In this document: one piece after another, positions 1-7,779 of the stretch
How the letters are laid out: each line of letters starts with the position of its first letter
Position numbering within the stretch: position 1 is the stretch's first letter
NCBI GenBank assembly: GCA_903885375.1
Contig: CAISIK010000054.1
Location: forward strand, 72,789-136,788
DNA from: an uncultured Pseudomonadota bacterium
GTDB taxonomy: Bacteria > Myxococcota_A > UBA796 > SXON01
Length of the DNA stretch: 64,000 nt
Direction of reading: 5' to 3'
Made by a program: the position numbers and the translations under genes
Notes under the pieces: model-generated
The model's database searches: none
What the model was told of the DNA's origin: nothing
The model's input: the letters and a program-made list of their open reading frames with translations, nothing else

Positions 1-532
1 CCCAACAGGCCTGCACCAGCCGGAGGTACACCTTCTCGGCGAGCTTGCCGCTGCGGGTGCGGGTGCCTTCGGGGAAGACGTGGAGGTTGGCCCCCTGGCG
101 CATCATCGAGATCGCTTCGGTGACCACGGCCTGGCGGGAGTCCTTGCGGCTGCGGTCGAAGTAGATGACGCCCGACACCCATCCGGTGAGGCCGAAGAAG
201 GGGATGTAGCCCACCTCCTTCTTGGCGATGCCCTGGCTGCGGGTGTGGAGGATGAGGAGGCCGACGTCCTCCCAGGAGCGGTGGTTGCAGATGACGAGGT
301 AGCCGGGACGCTGGGGCAGGTGCTCCCGGCCGAGGATTGTGGTGCGGCCGAGGCAGGTGACGTGCGTGCAGAGCCAGCCGAAGACCCGAGCACCGACGAT
401 GCCGAAACGTTCGCGGCGGCCGCGGGGGATCACCACGAAGGGCAGGATCAGCGGCGTGACCAGCGCACCCCAGAGGATGACCTGGAACAGCCCACTGATG
501 GCCCACAGCGCGGCAAAGATCGAGGTGATCAT
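1..532 (-). CDS. Lysophospholipid (1-acyl-sn-glycerol-3-phosphate) acyltransferase family protein; C-terminus cut by window edge
   Basis: Not in the ORF track because it has no stop inside the window. Manual minus-strand translation from ATG at 530-532 gives MITSIFAALWAISGLFQVILWGALV (TM helix), then CNHRSWEDV (HX4D acyltransferase block), then FPEGTRTRSGKL (FPEGTR block). Confidence 0.8.
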   Translation of the reverse strand, partial: MITSIFAALWAISGLFQVILWGALVTPLILPFVVIPRGRRERFGIVGARVFGWLCTHVTCLGRTTILGREHLPQRPGYLVICNHRSWEDVGLLILHTRSQGIAKKEVGYIPFFGLTGWVSGVIYFDRSRKDSRQAVVTEAISMMRQGANLHVFPEGTRTRSGKLAEKVYLRLVQACW

Positions 533-681
533 CCCGCGCCGGCATAACCCCGCCGGACCGTTCGGTCGCCGCTCACGGGCGCCTCCGCGCGCTCCCCTTG
601 GTAGGCCCGACCACCCACCGCGCCGTCCCCCGCGCCGCCCGGGGTGGCGAATGATAAACAGGCGCCGCGAGAGAGGGTTGC

Positions 682-942
682 ATGTTCAAGGCGTCCGAGA
701 TCAAGCGGCTCATCGAGGAGTCCATCCCCGGCTCGGTGGCCGTGATCCTTGACGAAGCTCAGGATGGCGAACACTTCGAAGGCGAGGTCATGTCGCCCAC
801 GTTCACCGGCATCTCGCTGGTAAAGCAGCACCAGGCGGTCTACGCCGCGCTGGGCCCGCGCATGGGGCGCGAAATCCACGCCCTCGCGCTGAAGACCTAC
901 ACCCCCGAGGGCTGGGCGAAAGCCGGCAAGGAGTCCCGATGA
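682..942 (+). CDS. bolA: BolA family protein
   Basis: 86 aa ending in ...VKQHQAVYAALGPRMGREIHALALKTYTPEGW, a typical BolA C-terminal signature. It overlaps the downstream monothiol glutaredoxin gene by 4 nt, the classic BolA-Grx pairing. Confidence 0.85.
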   Translation: MFKASEIKRLIEESIPGSVAVILDEAQDGEHFEGEVMSPTFTGISLVKQHQAVYAALGPRMGREIHALALKTYTPEGWAKAGKESR

Positions 943-1247
943 GCGCGCAAGAGAAGGTGGCCGAGATCGTCAAGTCCAACGACGTGGTGCTCTTCATGAA
1001 GGGCAACCCCATGTTCCCGCAGTGCGGGTTCTCCGCCCGCGCCACGGGCATTCTCCAGCAGTGCGGCGTCAAGTTCGCCCACGTCAACGTGCTGGCCGAC
1101 CCCGACGTGCGTGAGGCGGTCAAAGCATACTCCGCCTGGCCGACCATCCCGCAGCTCTTCATCAAGGGCGAGTTCGTGGGCGGTTCGGACATCATGATGG
1201 AGATGTACGAGTCCGGCGAGCTGCAGAAGCTGATCTCCGCCTCCTGA
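939..1247 (+). CDS. grxD: Monothiol glutaredoxin (Grx4 family)
   Basis: CGFS active site (FPQCGFSARA) and WPTIPQLFIKGEFVGGSDI, the canonical Grx4 core. Confidence 0.9.
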   Translation: MSAQEKVAEIVKSNDVVLFMKGNPMFPQCGFSARATGILQQCGVKFAHVNVLADPDVREAVKAYSAWPTIPQLFIKGEFVGGSDIMMEMYESGELQKLISAS

Positions 1248-1275
1248 GCACGCCCACGGGCGCTATACTTCCGCC

Positions 1276-1953
1276 ATGGTGATCCTCCCCGCGCGTAACG
1301 AAGGCCCCCGCGTGGGCCTCGTCGTGGCGGAGGTCCGGCAGGTGCTGCCGGGCGTCGAGGTCGTGGTGGTCGAGAACGGCTCGCAGGACGACACGGCCGA
1401 GCAGGCTCGCCGGGCCGGGGCGACGGTGCTCCGCTCCGCAGAGGGCTACGCCCTCGCTCAGCGCGTCGGCTTCGCCTACGCGCACGCCAAGCGCGCCCCC
1501 TGGTGCGCCACGCTCGATGCCGACGGGCAGCATCCGCCGGCTGCGCTGCCGCGCCTGCTCGCTGCGCTCGCCGGCGCGGACCTCGTGGTGGGCAGCCGCT
1601 TCCTCGACTCGCCGGGCTACCCCATCGCGCCGCACCGCCGGCTCGCCAACAGCGCGTTCGCCGCCTGGGCCAGCGTGCTGGTGGGCCAGCCGCTCACCGA
1701 TGTCACCAGCGGGCTCCGCGCCATGGGCCCCGAGGTGCTGGCCGCGTTCGCGGCCGACTACCCGTCGGATGTGGCGGATGCCAACGTGCTGGTGCGCGCC
1801 GTGCGGGCCGGCTGGCGCGTGCGCGAGGTGCCGGTGGCGATGCGCGCGCGGGCAGGCGGCCGCTCGATGCACGACCACCCGCGGAGCGCGTGGTTCGCGC
1901 TCCGAATGCTGCAACTATGCGCGGAGGAGCGCTTCAGCGCCGCGCGGGCGTGA
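1276..1953 (+). CDS. Family 2 glycosyltransferase (DPM1/polyprenol-phosphate sugar synthase-like)
   Basis: VILPARNEG N-terminal GT2 motif, ENGSQDDT, and DADGQHP (DxD-type) motif. Size is about 225 aa. Confidence 0.75.
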   Translation: MVILPARNEGPRVGLVVAEVRQVLPGVEVVVVENGSQDDTAEQARRAGATVLRSAEGYALAQRVGFAYAHAKRAPWCATLDADGQHPPAALPRLLAALAGADLVVGSRFLDSPGYPIAPHRRLANSAFAAWASVLVGQPLTDVTSGLRAMGPEVLAAFAADYPSDVADANVLVRAVRAGWRVREVPVAMRARAGGRSMHDHPRSAWFALRMLQLCAEERFSAARA

Positions 1954-1970
1954 CCGCCGGGGGCCGGCGC

Positions 1971-3362
1971 TCAGCGACCGAGCTCGAAGTACAGCTCCGC
2001 CTCGTAGGGGCCGATCTCCCCGTCGCTGCCGGCCGGGCCCACGGGGTCGCGGGTGTAGAGGGAGAGGTCGATGCCGGGGTTCCCGTCGAGCTGGCCGGCA
2101 AAGGCCGAGGTGGCGAGCGGACCGTAGGCGAAGCCGGTGCGGACCGCGTACCGGGACCCCGCCAGATCGAGGGTGCCGCCCGCGGCCAACGCAGCCCCGA
2201 GCACGATGGAGAAGCTGGTGTCGTCGTCGGTCTGGAGGCCGAAGCCGAGGTCGTCGCGCTGGTCGCCCTCCACATCGCCGAGCGCCAGGAGCGACCCGCC
2301 CGACTCCCGCCGCGTGTGCGGCACCTCGACGACAACGTGAAGCTCCATGTCGCCCCCGAGGGGGCCCATCCAGGCCCCGAACGCGGCTCCGTAGCCGGAA
2401 TTCGCGCGCCAGTGGGCCACCAGGTCGGCGGTACCATCCCCATCGAGGTCGGTGACCGTACCCCCGCGCACGCCGTAGCTGTCATCCGGCAATCGCGCGC
2501 TGAAGAAGGGTGGGGTGTCCTCGCCGGAGAGGGCGTCCAGCGCCGCACCCGAGTGGACCTGCACGGTGACCGGGGTCGTGCTGGTGCCGCCCTCCCCGAT
2601 GACCACCACCAGATCATCGAGGCCGTCGCCGTCGAGGTCGGTCTGGCCGGGCGGGAGGCTCAGCGGCCCCCCCGCCACCTCCGCGTTCGCCTCTTCGCGC
2701 TGCAAGGCGCCATCCGACAGGGCGGACGCGGGTGCCACAGCCGTGCCCTCCCTCCCGTAGTACACCCACCGCGGCTCCGGGCCTTCGGGATCGAGCACGC
2801 GGATCACGGTGCTCTCGCTGGTCCACCTCGCGTCCGAGAGGGAGAATCCGCCGCCCACGGCCACGTCGCCCGGGTACACCACCGTTCGCGAGAACCACAT
2901 CCCCTCGAACCAGTAGCGATCGTCGCCGTTGACCAGGAGCTCCGGCAGCGCATCGCCATCGAGGTCGGACACCCAGAAAAGCAGCTCGGAACCGCAGCAC
3001 AGGTCCGGGTCGGTGCGGTACCCGAGGGGCGCAGCCTCGAACCAACGCGCGGTGCCGGCCGGCGGGTAGATGACGGGTAGACCCGCCCCCTCCAGCGCAA
3101 GCACGCCCACGTCGGCGCTGCCGATCACCTCATCCGGCGCCAGGGCATCGGCTGCGCCGAGCTCGTCCACCTGGCCGTCGCCGTCATCGTCGAGATGGTT
3201 GCCGAGCGTCTCGAGGACGGGGGCGGGCTCGCCAGCGTCGGGCTCCGACTCACCCGCGCACCCCGCCGGGCCCGTGAGCCCGAGCAACACCAGAAGGCCC
3301 GCGCCCCCACCATTCCCGAGGAAGTGCACGTCCGTAGGGTAACGCGCGCCCAGGCCGGTCAA
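1971..3362 (-). CDS. FG-GAP/VCBS repeat lipoprotein
   Basis: Lipobox LLGLTGPAGC. Repeated DLDGDG/DVEGD Ca-binding-like FG-GAP motifs (SDLDGDALPELLV, TDLDGDGLDDLVV, TDLDGDGTADLV, GDVEGDQRDDLG). Confidence 0.7.
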   Translation of the reverse strand: MTGLGARYPTDVHFLGNGGGAGLLVLLGLTGPAGCAGESEPDAGEPAPVLETLGNHLDDDGDGQVDELGAADALAPDEVIGSADVGVLALEGAGLPVIYPPAGTARWFEAAPLGYRTDPDLCCGSELLFWVSDLDGDALPELLVNGDDRYWFEGMWFSRTVVYPGDVAVGGGFSLSDARWTSESTVIRVLDPEGPEPRWVYYGREGTAVAPASALSDGALQREEANAEVAGGPLSLPPGQTDLDGDGLDDLVVVIGEGGTSTTPVTVQVHSGAALDALSGEDTPPFFSARLPDDSYGVRGGTVTDLDGDGTADLVAHWRANSGYGAAFGAWMGPLGGDMELHVVVEVPHTRRESGGSLLALGDVEGDQRDDLGFGLQTDDDTSFSIVLGAALAAGGTLDLAGSRYAVRTGFAYGPLATSAFAGQLDGNPGIDLSLYTRDPVGPAGSDGEIGPYEAELYFELGR

Positions 3363-3390
3363 CCGCAGGCCCGGTCGACGCCGGCCCGAC

Positions 3391-3930
3391 TCAGCGCCGC
3401 AAGAGCATGAAGTAGTGCTCCTCGGGCTTGCCCCGACGGAACACCTTGCCCACCACCATGCCGTCGACCACCTTGCGGACCTTGTCGATCATGTGGCCGT
3501 ACACGAGCTGCGCGAGACCCCGCTCGTTGGGCACCAGCGCCGGCCAGCCCTCGGGCACGCTCTCCGCGATGCGGGTGTAGTCGAACCACACCTCGGCCCC
3601 CTCCTCACGAACCGTGAAGTGCCCGGGGCCCACGAGCCAGGCGAACTTCTGCACGTTGATGCCCTGCACGCCCCCAGCGCGGGAGCAGAGGTGCTTCTCG
3701 AAACGATCAAAGCCCGGAAGCAGGTCGTTCTGGCCTTCGTGGCGCACGAACTCGCCCTCCACGCCGATCATCTCCGCGAGGGTCAGCGGCTCGCCCTCCT
3801 CCCAGAGCTTCTTCTGCTCGCGCTTGGCGAGGCCGTGCATGAAGTTGGCGCGCTCCTCGATGGGGAGCGCGGTGAGCGCGGCGCGGAAGCCGGACATGTC
3901 GTCGGTGAGCGTGGGGAGCGGCGGGGTCAT
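3391..3930 (-). CDS. Hypothetical cytoplasmic protein (C-terminus faintly resembles the GXWXG/DUF4334 family; unverified)
   Basis: 179-aa ORF with no signal peptide and coding-like composition. The tail ...LVYGHMIDKVRKVVDGMVVGKVFRRGKPEEHYFMLLRR recalls DUF4334 proteins from memory only. Confidence 0.55.
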   Translation of the reverse strand: MTPPLPTLTDDMSGFRAALTALPIEERANFMHGLAKREQKKLWEEGEPLTLAEMIGVEGEFVRHEGQNDLLPGFDRFEKHLCSRAGGVQGINVQKFAWLVGPGHFTVREEGAEVWFDYTRIAESVPEGWPALVPNERGLAQLVYGHMIDKVRKVVDGMVVGKVFRRGKPEEHYFMLLRR

Positions 3931-3939
3931 GGCCGTGGA

Positions 3940-4443
3940 CTAACGTGGTGGTGGGCCCGGGGGGCCGTTGCCCGCGCCGCCGCCGGGACCGTTGGGGCTC
4001 CCTCCGGGCGGGCCGCCCGGGGGTCCGTTCCCGCCCCCGTTGCCGCCCCTGCCCCCCTTCCCGGGGGTCTTCGGGATCTCGAAGAGCCCGGAGCCCGGCT
4101 CGCCCATGTCAACCGCAAACAGCTTGTCCTCGATCCGCGTGAGCCGGGCCTCCAGCGAGAGCGTGGCCGACGAGCCGGGGCCGGTGGGGTAGCCGGCGGT
4201 GGGCCTGGCCGCGTCGGCCTGGGCGGCCTGCCCCTGGAGCAACGCCTGCTCGATGCGGCTCAGGCGCCCGTCCAGGTCGGCGAAGGCGGCGCTCACCTCG
4301 GGCGGGCGCGCGGCCTCGAGCGCGTCGAGGCGCGTGTCGTGGCCGACGAGGCCGTCGGCCACGGTGCGAGCGCCCCACGTGACGGCAGCGGCGTCGGGGG
4401 GCGGCGGCGGGTCGCCACTGCAGGCGAGGAGGAGGGCGAGCAT
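3940..4443 (-). CDS. Lipoprotein with a coiled-coil segment and a Gly/Pro-rich C-terminal tail
   Basis: This is the C-terminal 167 codons of track ORF 3940..5070, trimmed to Met-210 (top coordinate 4443). It has lipobox MLALLLACSG, heptad-like LDALEAA...RLSRIEQALLQGQ...RLTRIEDKL, and the tail GKGGRGGNGGGNGPPGGPPGGSPNGPGGGAGNGPPGPPP. The upstream part of the track ORF is an alternate frame of the sulfatase-like gene. Confidence 0.6.
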   Translation of the reverse strand: MLALLLACSGDPPPPPDAAAVTWGARTVADGLVGHDTRLDALEAARPPEVSAAFADLDGRLSRIEQALLQGQAAQADAARPTAGYPTGPGSSATLSLEARLTRIEDKLFAVDMGEPGSGLFEIPKTPGKGGRGGNGGGNGPPGGPPGGSPNGPGGGAGNGPPGPPPR

Positions 4444-4462
4444 GGAGGCACCTCGGAAGGGT

Positions 4463-6016
4463 CTACTCCACATACCCCAGCGCACGCAGCGCCTCCTCGT
4501 CGGGGCCGGCTCCGCCCGAAACGCCGGCCGGCTCCACCTGCGCTTCGGGGTGCTCGGCCAGCCAGCGCTCGTCCAGACCGTCGAAGAGCGGCGGCAGGGC
4601 GGCGGCCGGCTGCAGCTCGCCCGGGTCTGCCGCGAGATCGTAGGCCTCGCGGGTGCCGTCGGTGCCGAGGATGAGCTTGTGGGGACCGATCCGGAAGGCG
4701 CGGCGGATGCGGTTGAAGCGCGCGCCGTAGGCCTTGGACTCCAGATCCTTCTTGAGCGTGAAGTAGAGCTCGGACACCGCCACCTCACCGGTACGGTCGA
4801 CGTCGGCGCTGGGGAGCCCCGCGGCGTCGAGCACCATGCCGGCGAGGTCGTGGGTCTGCACGAGCCTCGGCTCGCGGCCGGCGGAGATGGCCGGGCTCTT
4901 CGCGAGGAAGGGCACGTGGAGAACGGGCTCGTACACGTCCTTCGCGTGCTCGACGAGGCCGTGTTCGCCGAGGTACTCGCCGTGGTCGGCGAGGACGAAG
5001 CTGTACGGCGCGCGCGCCTTCGCGAGCAAGGCGCCGACGTGCTCATCGAGGAAGCGCAGCTCGGCGTCATAGGCCTCCACCCACGAGCGCTGCACCTCGG
5101 GCGACAGCGTGCCGCCCTTCAAGAGCCGGGTGGCCACCTTGCGGAAGCCGCCGCCATTGCCGGGGATGGTGGCGCGACGCAGCAGCGCGGGCTCGCGCAC
5201 GTAGCCACGGCGGGCCTTGTAGGGGGTGTGGGCGTCCATGAAGTTCACGAACAGGAACAGCGGGTGGGCGTCGTCCTGCGCCAGCGCAGCCTCGGCCATC
5301 GCGCGGATGCGGTCCGCCGGCGTGTACTGGACCCCGCGGGTATCGGCGGCGGGCTGGGCGTTCACCCACGCGTCGAAGCCCTGGTCGAGGCCGAAGCTGG
5401 GGTGGAGGAAGGCCCTATTGCCGGTGACCGCGACGGTGCGGTAGCCCGCGGCCTGCAGCCGCTCCGCGATCGTCGAGAACTGCTGACCAAGCGGTGCCCC
5501 CTTGCGGGGATCGTCGAGGCCAACGCTGCGCGCGCCATGCTGGCGTTGCGGTTTGCCCGTGAACATCGAAGCGTGGGCCGGCAAGGTCCACGGCGCGTCG
5601 GTCCAGGCGTTTTCGTACACGAGGGCGTCGTTCGCCCACGCGTCGAGGCGGGGGGTGGTTTCGCGGTCGTAGCCGTAGATGCCGAGGTGGTCGGCGCGAA
5701 CGGTGTCGAGCACGACCACGAGGATGTCGAGTGCGGGCCTGCCCTCCACGAGGGGAATCGGCCTCGCGGACGCCGCTTTCGCGACGGCCGCGAGCTCCCG
5801 CTCCATGAGCGCGGCATCGGAGGCGGCGAGCGCTTCCGGGACCGGGGCCCAGTCCACCAACGCATCCTCGCCGGGCGCGGGTGCCGCGGCGGGGGTTGGC
5901 TCGCTCGCGCAGGCGGCGAGCGCGACCGCCAGCAGCCAGCACGGCGCGAGGCGCCGCGATGCGGGGCTGCAAACGGAACCCCCGGCGGACAGGCCCGCCG
6001 CATCGCCCCGAACCAT
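4463..6016 (-). CDS. Sulfatase-fold (alkaline phosphatase superfamily) lipoprotein with a non-canonical Thr nucleophile motif
   Basis: Lipobox LAVALAACAS; metal-site VVVLDTVRADHLG; nucleophile region DAPWTLPAHASMFTGK; later FVNFMDAHTPY and ADHGEYLGEHG. Confidence 0.8.
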   Translation of the reverse strand: MVRGDAAGLSAGGSVCSPASRRLAPCWLLAVALAACASEPTPAAAPAPGEDALVDWAPVPEALAASDAALMERELAAVAKAASARPIPLVEGRPALDILVVVLDTVRADHLGIYGYDRETTPRLDAWANDALVYENAWTDAPWTLPAHASMFTGKPQRQHGARSVGLDDPRKGAPLGQQFSTIAERLQAAGYRTVAVTGNRAFLHPSFGLDQGFDAWVNAQPAADTRGVQYTPADRIRAMAEAALAQDDAHPLFLFVNFMDAHTPYKARRGYVREPALLRRATIPGNGGGFRKVATRLLKGGTLSPEVQRSWVEAYDAELRFLDEHVGALLAKARAPYSFVLADHGEYLGEHGLVEHAKDVYEPVLHVPFLAKSPAISAGREPRLVQTHDLAGMVLDAAGLPSADVDRTGEVAVSELYFTLKKDLESKAYGARFNRIRRAFRIGPHKLILGTDGTREAYDLAADPGELQPAAALPPLFDGLDERWLAEHPEAQVEPAGVSGGAGPDEEALRALGYVE

Positions 6017-7755
6017 CAGTCCGGCGCCGTGGTCCGGACGATCTCTTCGAGCGAGGTCTGGCCTTCGCGGAACTTGCTGATCGCGCTCATGCGGAGCGTC
6101 TTCATGCCCTGCCGGACCGCCTCACGCTTGAGCTCGAGCGTGCTCGCGCCGTTGAGGATGAACTCCTTCACCTCGTCGTTCGCGATCATGATCTCGTAGA
6201 CCGCGATGCGGCCCTTGTAGCCGGTGTTGTTGCAGGTCTTGCAGCCCTGACCGCGCATGGGTTTCACGTCGTCCACGTCTTCGGGGGGGATGCCCACATC
6301 GATGAGCTGTTGGCGCGTGATCTCCACCGGCGCCTTGCAGTCCACACAGAGCTTGCGCACGAGACGCTGGGCGCCGATGAGGTTGACCGAGCTCGCCACG
6401 AGGAAGGGCTCGATACCCATGTTCAGGAGGCGGCTCACGGTGCTGGGCGCATCGTTCGTGTGGAGCGTGGACAGCACGAGGTGACCGGTGAGCGCGGCCT
6501 TGACGGCGATCTCGGCCGTTTCAAAGTCTCGAATCTCGCCGACCATGATGATGTCGGGGTCCTGCCGGAGGAAGCACCGAAGGGCGGCCGCGAAGTTGAG
6601 GCCGATCTCGTCGTGCATCTGCACCTGGTTGATGCCGTAGAGGTTGTACTCGATCGGGTCTTCGGCGGTGCTGATGTTGTGCGTGCTCTTGTTGAGCTCC
6701 GAGAGCGTGGAGTACAGCGTGGTCGTCTTGCCGGAGCCGGTGGGGCCGGTGATGAGGATCATGCCGTAGGGCTTGTTGATGGCATCCTTGAAGCCGCGGA
6801 GGATCGCCTCTTCGAAGCCGAGCTTCGTCATGTCGAGCTGGAGGTTCGACTTGTCGAGGAGCCGCATGACGGTCTTCTCGCCCCAGAGCACCGGGCAGAT
6901 GCTCACGCGGAAGTCCATCTCCTTGCCCTTGCCCATCTTCAGCTTGATGCGACCGTCCTGCGGGAGGCGGCGCTCGGCGATGTCGAGGTTGGACATGATC
7001 TTCAGACGACTGGTGATCGCGTGCTTCAGCCGGAGCGGCGGCTTCATGACCTCGTAGAGCATGCCGTCGATGCGGTAGCGGATGCGGAGCTGCTTTTCGT
7101 AGGGTTCGATGTGGATGTCGCTCGCCCCCTTGCGGATGGCATCGAGGAGCACGAGGTTCACCAGCTTGACGACGGGCGCATCGCCCGCGCTCTTCTCGAG
7201 GTCGAGGACGTTGATGTCCTCATCCACATCGCCGCCGAGCTCCACGTCGTCTTCGCCGCCGGCGAAGTCGACCATCACGTCTTCGAAGGTGACGTTGCTG
7301 GTGTAGTACTTCTCGATGGCCTCGGCGATCTGGGCCTCGGAGGCCACGACCACGTCCATGTTGAAGTTGGTGATGAACTTGATGTCATCGACCGCGTAGA
7401 TGTTCGAGGGGTCGGCCATCGCCACGATGAGCGTGTTGCCGCTCTTGTTGATGGGCAGGACCTGGTGGCGAACCACCACCTCCTTCGGGATGAGCTTGAG
7501 CACCTCGCCGTCGATCTCGAAGTCGCGGAGGTTGATGCTCGGCACGCTGTACTGCTTGCTGAGGAACGAGGTGAGCTCGTTCTCTTCGATGTAGCCGAGC
7601 TTGGTGAGCTGGTGACCGAGGCGACCGCCGCTGGTGCGCTGGGTCTCCATGGCCTTCTGCAGCTGCAGCGGGGAGATCAGGTTCTCACGAACCAGCAGCT
7701 CGCCGAGACGATTGTTTCCACCAGATCCGGAAGCGGGCTTTCGTTCGTCTGCCAT
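6016..7755 (-). CDS. pilB: PilB/GspE-family secretion ATPase with an N-terminal MshEN-type domain
   Basis: T2SSE_N/MshEN N-terminus; Walker A ITGPTGSGKTTTLYS; Asp box and His box regions; tetracysteine CVDCKAP...CKTCNNTGYKGR. Confidence 0.9.
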   Translation of the reverse strand: MADERKPASGSGGNNRLGELLVRENLISPLQLQKAMETQRTSGGRLGHQLTKLGYIEENELTSFLSKQYSVPSINLRDFEIDGEVLKLIPKEVVVRHQVLPINKSGNTLIVAMADPSNIYAVDDIKFITNFNMDVVVASEAQIAEAIEKYYTSNVTFEDVMVDFAGGEDDVELGGDVDEDINVLDLEKSAGDAPVVKLVNLVLLDAIRKGASDIHIEPYEKQLRIRYRIDGMLYEVMKPPLRLKHAITSRLKIMSNLDIAERRLPQDGRIKLKMGKGKEMDFRVSICPVLWGEKTVMRLLDKSNLQLDMTKLGFEEAILRGFKDAINKPYGMILITGPTGSGKTTTLYSTLSELNKSTHNISTAEDPIEYNLYGINQVQMHDEIGLNFAAALRCFLRQDPDIIMVGEIRDFETAEIAVKAALTGHLVLSTLHTNDAPSTVSRLLNMGIEPFLVASSVNLIGAQRLVRKLCVDCKAPVEITRQQLIDVGIPPEDVDDVKPMRGQGCKTCNNTGYKGRIAVYEIMIANDEVKEFILNGASTLELKREAVRQGMKTLRMSAISKFREGQTSLEEIVRTTAPD

Positions 7756-7779
7756 GGTCGTCCTGTGAGCCGCGGGATC

